Assembly (NCBI GenBank): GCA_051294905.1
Contig: CM119385.1
Location: 18,476,001 to 18,540,000 of the forward strand
Origin: Botryllus schlosseri
Taxonomy: Eukaryota
Length of the DNA: 64,000 nucleotides
Direction: 5' to 3'
In this document: positions 1 to 11,000 of the stretch, piece by piece
Numbering within the stretch: the stretch's first letter is position 1
How the letters are laid out: the number at the start of each line of letters is the position of its first letter
Made by a program: the position numbers and the translations under genes
Notes under the pieces: generated by a model
Seen by the model: the letters and a program-made list of their open reading frames with translations, nothing else
What the model was told of the DNA's origin: nothing
The model's database searches: none

Positions 1-23
1 TGGATCGAAACCATCCTCTGCTA
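1..23 (+). tRNA. tRNA-iMet: initiator tRNA-Met, 3' part only (cut by window edge)
   Basis: TGGATCGAAACCATCCTCTGCTA matches the eukaryotic initiator tRNA 3' half, with the diagnostic T-loop GATCGAAA (A54, A60) and acceptor arm CCTCTGCTA. The anticodon is outside the window. Confidence 0.85.
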
Positions 24-29
24 CATCTC

Positions 30-101
30 GCTGTGATCGTATAGTGGTTAGTACCTCACGTTGTGGCCGTGATAACCCAGGTTCGAATCCTGGTCACAGC
101 A
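30..101 (+). tRNA. tRNA-His: tRNA-His(GTG)
   Basis: Full cloverleaf: acceptor GCTGTGA/TCACAGC, D-arm with TAGTGGTTAG, anticodon stem TCACG/CGTGA around TTGTGGC, T-arm CCAGG-TTCGAAT-CCTGG, discriminator A. No genomic G-1, as expected for eukaryotes. Confidence 0.97.
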
Positions 102-104
102 GCG

Positions 105-108
105 TTTT
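105..108 (+). terminator. RNA polymerase III terminator (T4)
   Basis: TTTT 3 nt after tRNA-His, with a second T4 shortly after. Confidence 0.6.
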
Positions 109-281
109 GCGATTTTCAGATTTGCATTGATGTCTATTATACGATGGATACTAATCTCCGTAGGTTAGTAATCTATTGCTTGCTTGCTTTCTCAGTATAA
201 TTACATATTTTTCCAGATTCGATTATAATTAGAATAACCGAATTTGCGACTTGGACATGAACTGGGACTATGAAGTTCAGC

Positions 282-1537
282 CAGAGGTAGTTAAAGTAGT
301 CAAGAAAGCTACTCAAGTAGAAGTAACGACGAAAGAATCTACTCAAGTAGAAGTACTTCTTACATAAGCAACCTAAAACTACTTGAAGTAGAAGCAGAAT
401 TGACTGACTTTAAATCTACTCAAATAAGTAAGTAGTTGTGAAAACGATCGTAATTCGTTCGCATGGACTGTCAAAAGTTGCAAATGGAGCTGTGCGGAAG
501 GTGTAGAGAGCTTCATTCATATTGATGCATCCCAGGAGGTGTCAATTTTTTAAGCAGTCGTCCACAACATGGGATGTAAATGATAGTATTGATATGGAAA
601 TGCGATACTTATCCTTTGTTTACTAGAACACCCCGTTTTAGAGAATATCACTGCATGGCGCGCTCCCCCATATTATAAGGCCCCTAGTTCTGTCGAAGAG
701 CAATACGGAGAAGTTGTGTCGGATACGGATACACTTTGCGCGATTAATATTCGTTAATTAAAAATATGACAGATCATAAAAATGCCATGTAGTGCATAGC
801 TTTATTTTCAAAAAATATAAGACATTACCACACTTGCTTTTATACTCCAATATGTATGTTCTCCAGACAAAAGAACTGAAACTATTATTCGAACTCAACG
901 TATAATACCCGTAATTGAAAGAAAAATACAAATACTGCTTGTAAAAGCAGAAAATTTATTTCATGTCTTTTGTCCAGAAAGTTTCAACGGCGGTCTGCTA
1001 AAACAAGTATACCTTAAAAAAAGGTTAAATTCCACTGTTTCAGATTAGGACACGTGATGGGCTGCTAGGTATAATAGGTAATTGCTAGATTGCGGAACGG
1101 TAGTTTCAAACGTTAGGGGGGGGCATACTTACTGTGATGAAATATTTGATATAGGCGACAATGCGGTGTGAACGGAACCACGTAACCAGGTATCTAAATT
1201 ATATTCAGCGATACTTTCGTTGAAACATATTTGTCACTCCATATCTACTGTGCGCTAAGCGCAACGAAAATTCTGGATATTACATGGTTTTTATGAGAAT
1301 TAAATGTGGGTACTGCGTGAAAACAGCCCCGAAATTCCTGCTATCTTTCTTATTGGGGGATTAAACTACTTCTACTTGACAAACTGAAAGTAGCGAAAAG
1401 TAAGTAAGTAGATCACAAAACATTACGAAGTAGAAGTAGCGAAAAAAAGATATACTAGAGTAAGTACCAGAAGTAGGAGAAAACTACTTTGAGTACTTCA
1501 AAAAAGTAGAAGTACTTCGTTACTATGACCACCTCTG
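282..1537. mobile_element. non-autonomous hAT-type DNA transposon (CAGAGGTGGTCA TIR family)
   Basis: Termini CAGAGGTAG.../...TGACCACCTCTG, perfect 8-bp TSD AGTTCAGC (274-281 and 1538-1545), AGTAGAAGT-rich subtermini. Homologous along its length to the inverted copy at 57307-58673. No transposase ORF. Confidence 0.9.
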
Positions 1538-1829
1538 AGTTCAGCTCATATCAAATCTATTCTTATAAGCATGAGAATAGCAAATGTCTGTTCAGCAGAT
1601 TTGGCTCGTTTCGCACTATAGGCCTACAGTTTCCTTGTACTCCACTGATTAGATTTTGGAATCCAAAAGAGGACACTTTTTACAAATCATAGCGGTTAGG
1701 TTACCGGACCAGAAAACTGCTGATTCCAAAATTTTTACTGGAAATCTTGTTGTGTTGGCTAAAAAAAGGCCATCTGCCTGACTCGACTCCCGAATTAACC
1801 ACTTTTATACGATACTGCCCGGCTCCGTA

Positions 1830-2706
1830 TTTTTTGTCGCTTGCTTTTCTATTTTATCTTCTTTTACTTTTCATTCCTTGTCCAAGTGTGCATGTGCATT
1901 GTGCATTGTGCACTGGTGCACTGTGCAGGGGTGTTCAAAAATGACTTCTTTTCTCAAATTGTAATGGCTACTTGATAAAATTGTTGGGTTACCCAATTTA
2001 AGCCTGCACATCAAATTTGGTTCAATTCCAGTCAGTAGTCGCATTGCTACAGGAGAAGAAAGTTTCCTATTTATTATATAAAAACAAATGAAATAAAATA
2101 TTCAGAATGTTCTGTTCACCCCATGCAAGTGTTAGGTTGTCTATAGAAACGATGTTCATCAAATTTGGCTCAATTCCAACCAGTGGAAGTGGAGTTACTG
2201 CCATCGAAAAATTTGGATTTGGATAAAATAGTATTTACGGTGGGCACATCTATAATAAATAATTAAAGAATTGGTCACCGTAAATACTATTTTACTCCGC
2301 TTCCGCTGATTGAAATTGAACCAAATTTGATGAGCATCGTTTCTGTAGACAACGCAACACTTTCATGGAGTGAACAGAAAATTTTGAATTTTTTATTTAT
2401 TTATTTTTTATAATAAATACAAACTTTCTTCTCCTGTAGCAATGGGGCTACTGGCTGGAATTGAACCAAATTTGGTGTGTAGGCTTGAATTGGGTAACTT
2501 AACAATTTTATCAAGTAGCCAGTACAATTTGAGAAAAAAAGTCATTTTTGAACACCCCTGTGCAATGTGCGTGCCTCCTCTTTACATCGCCACGGTGGGT
2601 GTCTGATTTCAAAGTCTACTCCAAGTTGTTTCGACACCTTCCTATCTTTTCATTGTATCGCAATTTTTGTGGTGTATTGAATTGATAAAAATTGCTAATA
2701 AACCGA
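1830..2706 (+). mobile_element. CR1/L2-type LINE 3' UTR fragment, split by a palindromic MITE
   Basis: Matches the 3' UTR family at 2873, 28967, 55297, 56695 and 61690; ends in TGATAAAAATTGCTAATAAACC. Left boundary approximate. Confidence 0.7.
1926..2560. mobile_element. near-palindromic (foldback) non-autonomous DNA element
   Basis: TIR CAGGGGTGTTCAAAAATGACTT / AAGTCATTTTTGAACACCCCTG. The two halves are inverted copies around a central AAAATAGTATTTACGGTG...CACCGTAAATACTATTTT. TSD is ambiguous in a TGTGCA repeat. Confidence 0.85.
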
Positions 2707-2872
2707 ACACATACACACTCGCGCGAACGTCCGCATTACAGATTTCACGTCATTTATGTCGTTTGTTAGTTGAGCCTGTCCATTAGTCTGGGTGTCAAGG
2801 CTGTGAAGGAGGACGAATTGCCCAAAAGGATGAGGACATTCTCGATTTCCTGAAAAAGAGGACAAAAAGAGG

Positions 2873-3232
2873 GCATCTGACAGTCGACGAGCATGTCAAC
2901 ATTCAAGTCGAAATACAAGCAATTTCTACTAAATAAATACTAGTCCGCCCTGAAGATTACCGGACCACCACGACCTGACCTATCGATCTCGCCTCCCGTG
3001 ACATGCCACCCCATTTTTTGTCGCTTGCTTTTTCTATACTATCTTCTTTTACTTTTCATTCATTGTGCATGCCTCATCTTTACATCGATGAAAACCCGAT
3101 TAGAATTGGAATAAGAACAAAGGAACATTCCACAAATTTAGACTACTCCAAGTCGCCAGCACGACACCTTCTTATTTTTACATTGTATCGCAGAGTCCTG
3201 TGGTATTTCGAAATAATGAAATTATTAATAAA
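2873..3232 (+). mobile_element. CR1/L2-type LINE 3' fragment
   Basis: Encodes the ORF2 end (STFKSKYKQFLLNKY-stop) followed by the shared 3' UTR. Confidence 0.75.
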
Positions 3233-3378
3233 CTGATGCTGAATCAGATTACTGGTATTTCGCTCTAATTAGTTTAGACAACTAAAATTATCTAGTTGTC
3301 CAAGTCTGGCTCCAGTCCCACGATACAATTGTTATGATTATTCTACACTTCCTTACTACCGAGTTGAACAATGAACAT

Positions 3379-4447
3379 TAGGGCTCTTCATAAATGACTT
3401 TTTTCTCAAATCGTACTGGCTACTTGATAAAATTGTTTGGTTACCTAATTTAAGCCTACACACAAAATTTGGTTCAATTCCAGCCAGTAACCGCTTTGCT
3501 AAAGGAGAAGAAAGTTTCTATTTATTATATTTAAATCAATGATAAAAAAATTGAAAATTTTCTGTTCACCCCATGAAAATGTTAGGCTGTCTATAGAAAC
3601 GATGCTCACCAAATTTGGTTCAATTTCAACGAGTTGAAGCGGAGTTATTGCCGTCGAAAAATTTGGATTTGAATAAAATAGTATTTACGGTGACCGATTC
3701 TTTGTCTATTTATTATAGCTGTGCTCACCGTAAATACTATTTTATTCCAATCAAAATTTTTTGATTGGAGTATTTGGTTGTATTAAGGTAAGCATCGGCC
3801 TGGCTGATGCGGAACCCTTGTGGTACAACCGATACTTCCAATCACTTGCACACCCAGGAGAAGTATGGCCGTCAGGCCTTCATGCTCCGACCCCCCGGGA
3901 TCTCGTCAGCTTGACTGGCCAGTATCCCAGTCACAAGCATGGTGGCGGCGGGACAAGCCTCCGCAGACGCCCCCAGCCAAAGCCTGCTTGTGACAGCTGC
4001 TAGTACCAAAAAAGTGAAGCAACTTATAAGGGAAAGCAACCAGAAGTAACCTGAAGATGGGAGCTCTTGGGTACGTTTGGACCCAGGAGTGACCTATTAA
4101 AGGCGCTTGTGGATAGTTCATGGTGTGATGCCATGAGACTGCCACAAGCGTAACGGGGTGGTGGTTTACTGCGGTTCCACCAGGTTACCCCTAAAAAAAA
4201 AAAAAAAAAAAAAAAAATGAGCATCGTTTCTATAGACAGCCTAACACTTTCATATGGTGAACAGAAAATTTTCAAATTTTTGGTATTTATTTTTATATAA
4301 TAAATATAAACTTTCTTCTCCTGTAGCAAAGCTGTTACTGGCTAGAATTGAACCAAATTTTGTGTGTAGGCTTAAATTAGGTAACCTAACAATTTTATCA
4401 AGTAGCCAGTACGACTTGAGAAAAAAGGTAATTTTTGAAGAGCCCTA
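3379..4447. mobile_element. palindromic hAT-type element (same family as 1926-2560) carrying a poly(A) insert
   Basis: TIR TAGGGCTCTTCA / TGAAGAGCCCTA, perfect 8-bp TSD ATGAACAT (3371-3378 and 4448-4455); arms homologous to 1926-2560. Confidence 0.9.
3769..4217 (+). other. retroposed GC-rich structured sequence ending in A25
   Basis: Foreign segment interrupting the right arm of the 3379-4447 element; poly(A) at 4193-4217; several hairpins; part of the host arm is missing instead of a TSD. Confidence 0.7.
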
Positions 4448-4464
4448 ATGAACATGTTGTAGAC

Positions 4465-6729
4465 CAGTGGTTCTTAACCTTCTTTCCTCCGGTGCCCCCT
4501 TTCAAAAATTATCGTGCTCCAGCGCTCCCACCTATATTGTACGGACTGTAATAAAGACAATGGGTAAGACGAAGGGCCGTAATGGCACTTCATCAGCCCC
4601 TAAAAAAACGATTGTCTTGCGCACCCATAGCGTGATAAATCAAGCTTCTGAGGACTAAGGACCCCAAGAACCCAATCGCGTGATTTCGATGGTCAGCGAA
4701 GTTTGTGTGACTTGGTCGCCCTAGGCGCCAAAATCTTCTATAATGCCTGAATGAATAGGTGGTAATTGCATATATATGTCACTCTAAAATTTTTATCCTC
4801 TCAGCCCACGTAATCAGATTTACCAGTAGCGCTGAGTGAGCTGTTGTATTGGAAAATGAAGGCCATGTAATTAATAATTGAACATATTCGGGCGTGCCCG
4901 TTGGTACAATTATTTCGTTACATGTTGTTATTTAGTTACGTCTTGTCCGCTATATAGTCAAAAGATATTGAAACGCATGAACGTAATAAACTAAAATTCA
5001 ACATTGTTTTTTCTTCACTGGCAAATAGTTTTCTCTGATGGATGTTATTTGTCCTGTGGGGTTCAGATTGCGACGACATGATAATTCGGTACGAGCGATT
5101 TAAGTACCTATAGACAACTAGACTATACATCTAAATTCACGGTCAGCATAAGGGCAATCCTCTTCGGCTAAGGTTTTCTCGCTGACGATCTTACTGACAC
5201 ACTCCTCGGAGTCCCATATTGACCGGAACTTCGTATGTCTTCGTGCATCGTGGCGTGGTAATGGCCGACGCCGAAATGCCAATTTCTATTTTCTATAATT
5301 ATGAGTATTTTTCCGTGGGGGAGTCGTTAAAACATGATGTGTAATTTATGTTCATTCACCGAAATAATTTAGGGCACCCTTCGAGCTCGCCGATTGGGGG
5401 TTTGAGTTGCAGCAGTTTCGGTCCTGGTAAGAGGTCACAGTCCATTCGGATTTTTGGGACTTTGGTACTTGAAATATTTCGCACTTTATTCGCGCTCGAC
5501 CCCATTCGACTATAACAAACCATATAATTTTTGTGTGTGGTATATTCAAGGTCAACTCAAGGTTGTCATAACAACAATCGGGTACGGTATCATACCCTGT
5601 GGTTCGAACCATCCCGAATTCACATCTGATGGGATTGGCAATACGGGGAAATTAATGGTATTGGATTTTGCCTTAGTGCTCTGTGTAACAATAAGTAAGT
5701 CAACTGAGAATGAGATGCATATATCTGCTCACATTGAATTTAGTACTGTACCGTACCCAGTTATTAATTTTAACATGAATGTATTCCAAACAAAGCAACT
5801 CATATTATATAACGCTCATGTGAGGTTGTGAACCGCAACACTATATAGTATCATCCTTTATAATATACAATTAGGAAATATTCTGACGATTTAAATTTGT
5901 AGCTGTCAAATACAAGTATATTTTGTTATTCATTTCGTGCACAAAGCTTCATAACTTATTTATGTACAAGGGGCTCTCACACTCAAAAGTGATATACAGC
6001 GCCTCCTTTTTCGATTTTCCCACGCTGTGCGCTGCGGGATATAATACCTAATTACAGTAATTAGAAACAGTTTGTTGAAAATAACCCTAGCAAGCGTGAC
6101 GGCAGTATTTTAACGGGAAATTGGCGATCTAAAAGTACGCGCAATTCGTTTTACATGAATTATAATAACCCACTACATTTATGAAAACATATGCAGCAAA
6201 CATCGTCGCGTAGCGCGACCAAAAATTTCGGGATTTGACATGATTAGTGCAATGTTAATTTGCTCTGAATACTCATTAAGGATATGTCCTACTACCACAT
6301 CATCTACAGCAGTGGTTCCCAACGTGGGCGACATCGCCCCCCAGGGAGCGATTTGGCGGTCTAGGGGGGCGAAAATGACGAAGGGGGCGATAGGGGGGCG
6401 AAAATGGACAAAGGGGGCGACCCACGGAAATTTCGTTGCAAATGTGCAAAATTCGACAATGAGCTGAAAAGTTGACCTTTTTTTTTTTGTAGTCAACCCG
6501 CCGATGATTACAGTTTGTATACCGGATTTTCGGTACACAAAATCTGGAGGGCGATAATCGGCGTCGAGCTTGAAAAGGGGGCGATGAGTCGAAAAAGGTT
6601 GGGAACCACTGATCTACAGCGAAGTCATTTTTCTTCAGCGCCCCCCATATCGCCCCCTGAGCGTTTCCGTCCCCTTCAAAATCGCCAGCGCCCCTTGGGG
6701 GGCGCTTGGGGCAAGGTTAAGAACCACTG
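4465..6729. mobile_element. 2.3 kb non-autonomous hAT (Charlie-like) element
   Basis: TIR CAGTGGTTCTTAACCT / AGGTTAAGAACCACTG, perfect TSD TTGTAGAC (4457-4464 and 6730-6737); no recognisable transposase inside. Confidence 0.88.
6310..6611. mobile_element. hAT MITE nested in 4465-6729
   Basis: TIR CAGTGGTTCCCAAC / GTTGGGAACCACTG, TSD ATCTACAG (6302-6309 and 6612-6619), GGGGGCGA subterminal repeats; related copy at 33993-34283. Confidence 0.9.
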
Positions 6730-8088
6730 TTGTAGACCTTATATGCGATGTTTAAGAGAGGAGTCGACGCTTCGGCTGTGACAGCGTAGGTGGGAATTAG
6801 TGCTAGAGATGCTTTATCCCTCGTAGCGTGAACGAGTGGTGTTTATAGTTCAGTGGTAGGACCCCACTCATATCGCCGGTAAGTGGATATATCATTTGCA
6901 GCGATCGGGCCTCGCGCTTAGTGAGGTGGATGCTAGATCATCGGCATCCTCCTATATGTGTCTTGTATATCGCATTGTACATTGTGTCTTGAGCGAATGA
7001 GAATATCAGGGGGGCTATTCGCCGTATTCGGTGCTCGTTATTTCGGCGCTAGGACAGAACGATTTCAGCCAACGCGTGACGTTCTAAGCCACTGTTTTAT
7101 CACCGTTCGTCTTTTAGGGCCGTCTTTTTGGCAGTGCATTTCGCGGGCGCATGGTTGCCTTGATATCGTGATTTGTATAATTTATATATATTTGCCTTCG
7201 CCCAGACCTACTCCCGGCATATTTGGGAAGTCGATTATACTAATCAAAATGGTCAGCAACATCGCGACCTCCAGAAAGATGAAAAGGTATTTTGACGGCC
7301 GGAAACGCGAAAATGAACCAGGATCCTCAAGAACATATTCATAAATACTTCACGAAGTCGTTTCTCCTACTTCCTGTTTTACGACGGTATCGCGATCACG
7401 TAATGAATGGAAATGACGGAAACTTAATAACCTAGTGTGAGCACGCTGATATTAAACACTATCTATTAAGTTCCTGGGTCCAGTTTTAACCTGACACCAT
7501 AACAATGCAACGCGTGTGGAATGTGCTAGAGACGAATTCTAGGCATGATAAAACGCATTGACTCTTTCCTGTTGCAGATGACGGCACTACCAGGTAATCT
7601 AGACAGCCGGAGGGAAAGTGCAAAGTGCTCGCTTTGACGCTTCTGCGATTAGATGGCTGTCGCGAGTGCCTGACCTACTTCGTAGCGGATGACTGTTGTA
7701 CAGTTCCATCAGAGGACTATAAGTGTTTAGATAGACATTGTTGCAGCTGCGAGTTAGCGACTTGCCTTACGCAAGTATATGTTTAGTTTTGCGAGTGAAA
7801 GAAGCTACATCAAATAAGCCGGTCGCTAGTTTTAACGAATACATGCTGGCTTCGCATGACGCGCGGAATTGATATAAGTAGGGCTTATTCAATTTTGGGA
7901 TTTCATATCACTGTCAAATTCAGCCAACACAAAAGTTGATTACATGCTCCGATTGCTCCCACAATCGGGCTATACTACACGGCCGAAAGAAATGGCTTAA
8001 ACAAAATCAACTGACGAATACATTGTAATATTTAGGTTGGTAATAGGCATAGTTCTAGAATCATACTCTCTCGAAGTTTTACCACGGA

Positions 8089-11000
8089 ATGGCCTTGAAC
8101 TCGGTCAAAGACAGCGAAGAAATGAGAGTGTTGAACGACAGTAGTGATGAGAAAGTCAACCGCGGCAAGTAAGGGAACCATATATTTATTTATACCACGA
8201 CCAGCAAAACATCGTTATGGGTGGCCTACTGCTGTGCACAGTACGTAGTTTTCCAGTAAATGCTCAACCCAACACGGATAAATAACTGATTGTGATATAT
8301 TTCAGAATAGCTACATGATTCTTCCCCTCCATAGGAGTAGGCAAGTCCAGAATGCTTACCTGACTGATTCCAGTCCCAGACAAACAATAAACTTCCGAAT
8401 GAATGGACGATATCGACTCATTTGATTCACGTCTACGCATTGCCAATCGTCACTTTACGCAAGTGTTGTGTGTTGTTTATATTAAAAGAGTGCACTGCTC
8501 ATCCGGCGTGAAGTAAACAATGCTCAGGCGATCGTGGTTTCACCGCGACTCGGCTTTAGGAACAGTCGCAATACTGGATAAAAGCGACTTGATAATAATA
8601 ATAACATTAATCGTCAGATTATATTTTCATATGAACAAGACACACACAATGTACAATGCGATAAGACACAATGCGATGTAATAAACAGATAGGATGATGT
8701 CGAACGACCAGTTGCGGTTGCAGTTGCAGTCTCTTAAACAGGCATCCACCTCAGCCTAGTGCCCGATGTCACAGTTCCTTTTCAAGTTCGGTTCGGTTTA
8801 TTAGCTATTTAGCAATCAGTTCAATACACTACAAAAATTGCGATACAATGAAAAGATAGGAAGGTGTCGAAACGACTTTGTAGTTGTAGGAGTAATCTTT
8901 GGAATCAGACAGAGGAGGCATACACACTATTTTCGATATTCCGCGGGTTTATCTTGCCCTTTCCATTCTTTGGAAGTGTGCGCTCTTTCGTCGGGTCTTT
9001 TACTGGAATTTTTACCGCCTTTAGAGCAGCGACGCGGGGGAAGAGGATCCCAGAATAACCTCCGACGCGAAATCTCTATTGATGACGCAGTGGATGGTCG
9101 CGTGGGCGACTTTCAAATCTCTCATACTGCGACCGCGGGCGACTCATTATTATCGGTAGCCCGCGGGCACCGCGTTGGTGACCCCCGCAATTCACACATG
9201 TGTTGATTAGGGGGATTAGCTTGATTCCTTTTTTTTTTAATTTTTATCATTGATCTTTTCCACTATATTTCTGAATCTTCACGTAACTTCAAAAGTATAA
9301 AAACTTTTTCGCGGATGCGTAACTCGCGTGTACCATATAGACTGCCGACCACTGATTTAGTCAATCGGTAAATCGTTGGCCGTAGAGTCGAACCAAAATC
9401 ACCTCGATTATAGACTGCAATAAATTTCACCTTGTATAAATAATTTCGAATGAGAATCGCAATGGCAATGTCGTTTATAAATACGGGCGGTCTCTGGTTT
9501 TATTATAATAGGGTTACCATATTTTGGAATCGGGAAAGGAGGACATCTTTTACCAAATGGGAAAAGTTAGTTGATCATGGCCGATTTCGCTGTTTTTGCT
9601 GAAAAAAATTGGAGGGTTGACTAAAAAAGGACATTTTTGGGGTTCAAGTCCCGAGATACACGTCGGACCGTTACTTGGCCGCTGCTTTCCTATGTCTCAG
9701 TCCAATTTCCGCGTACATTTAACCAAAATTCTCAACAAAAGAGGACAAATTCTCAAAAAGAGGACATTTAGGCGTCCTCCGGGGACACTTTCAAAAAAGT
9801 CATAAAAGAGGACGAATCCTCTCAAAAGATGACGTATGGTAACCCTAGTTTATGAGATGTGATATGAGATATGGTATGAGATGAGATATGGGAAGTTACT
9901 AGTAGAGTCGGGTCACAATAATATCAAGATATCGAGACATCTATATATCCCTAGCACTCATCGACTGTAGCCAGACAAAATGCAGTAATAACCTTCTCAA
10001 CGATGAATTTGAGTTTGATTAACATGCTTTGGAAACTATAGGGGCTTTCTATTCAACGTTAATCGGCCATAACGCCATTTTTGTACTACTTTAGTGGGTC
10101 GTGGGTTAAAAAGGTGTGAAACCCATACCTTAAACGAAAGAAATATTCAGAATTAATTTTAGATGCATCATTTCATTAAATCTGGGCACATTGATACTGA
10201 TATTTTCCATCCAAAACTTATTGCGATCTCGGCAGCATTTGGTTATAGCTCATCCATAACACAAATGCCGCGCAAGCAAACCAATATATACAATTTTCAG
10301 AGGAATTTTCTCATCAGCAAAATGGGCCCTGGCATTATTTTCGATCGCATCGCTGCTGCAACAGCTCGTGGTGAATGGTCTGTACAGCGTTGTGGTCAGC
10401 ACATTGGAAAGAAGGTGTGTTGCACTCTATATTATCAATGGTGCAAATTAAAATGTAATGTATTTCGAAGATTTGAACTGCGGAGTACAGAGACGGGATT
10501 TATGGCGGGCGTATTCGGGATTGCCGCCTCCGTCACTACATTTTTCATTCTATTCGTGAAGGAAAACGTTCACAAAGCGAGACTGTTCAGTTTCGGCACC
10601 TGTATAATCGGGCTGGGAGTGCTATTGTTTGCCATGCCGCATTTTATTGCTCCCACTTACACCGTCGACCACACCAACGACTTCAATTATTGCGGCAACG
10701 TAACGGAGCCGGAATGTAACGGAACATCATCGTCAATACGACAATATAGGTAGGTATCCGTGGAGTGGTGTTAACTGTAACTGGTGGTAACTGTAGGTAA
10801 TTGTAGGGTGTTGGTGACACATTTTATAGCGTTTCCCGAGAATTTCATGAGACGGATCCTACTGACATTTCACGGTAACTATCTAGGTTTACCATATGTA
10901 CTCCATTGGGAGGATTTTTCCTCCATTTTCAAGGAATCGAATATGTCCTCCTTTTTGGCAATTCGTCCTCCTTTATAGCTTTGACAGCCAGGCCACTGGA

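Noticed and set aside
6845-6862. tRNA A-box-like TAGTTCAGTGGTAG
   Set aside because: No B box or cloverleaf downstream.
7578-7593. 16-nt ATG-containing microexon (TTGCAG...CAG/GTAATC) as SLCO exon 1
   Set aside because: Splicing it to the nearby acceptors gives a frame that stops before the OATP sequence; at best a 5' UTR exon, unsupported.
10163-10753. 196-aa ORF as one coding unit
   Set aside because: Only 10471-10749 is in the OATP frame; 10301-10414 is read in another frame and the rest is intron.
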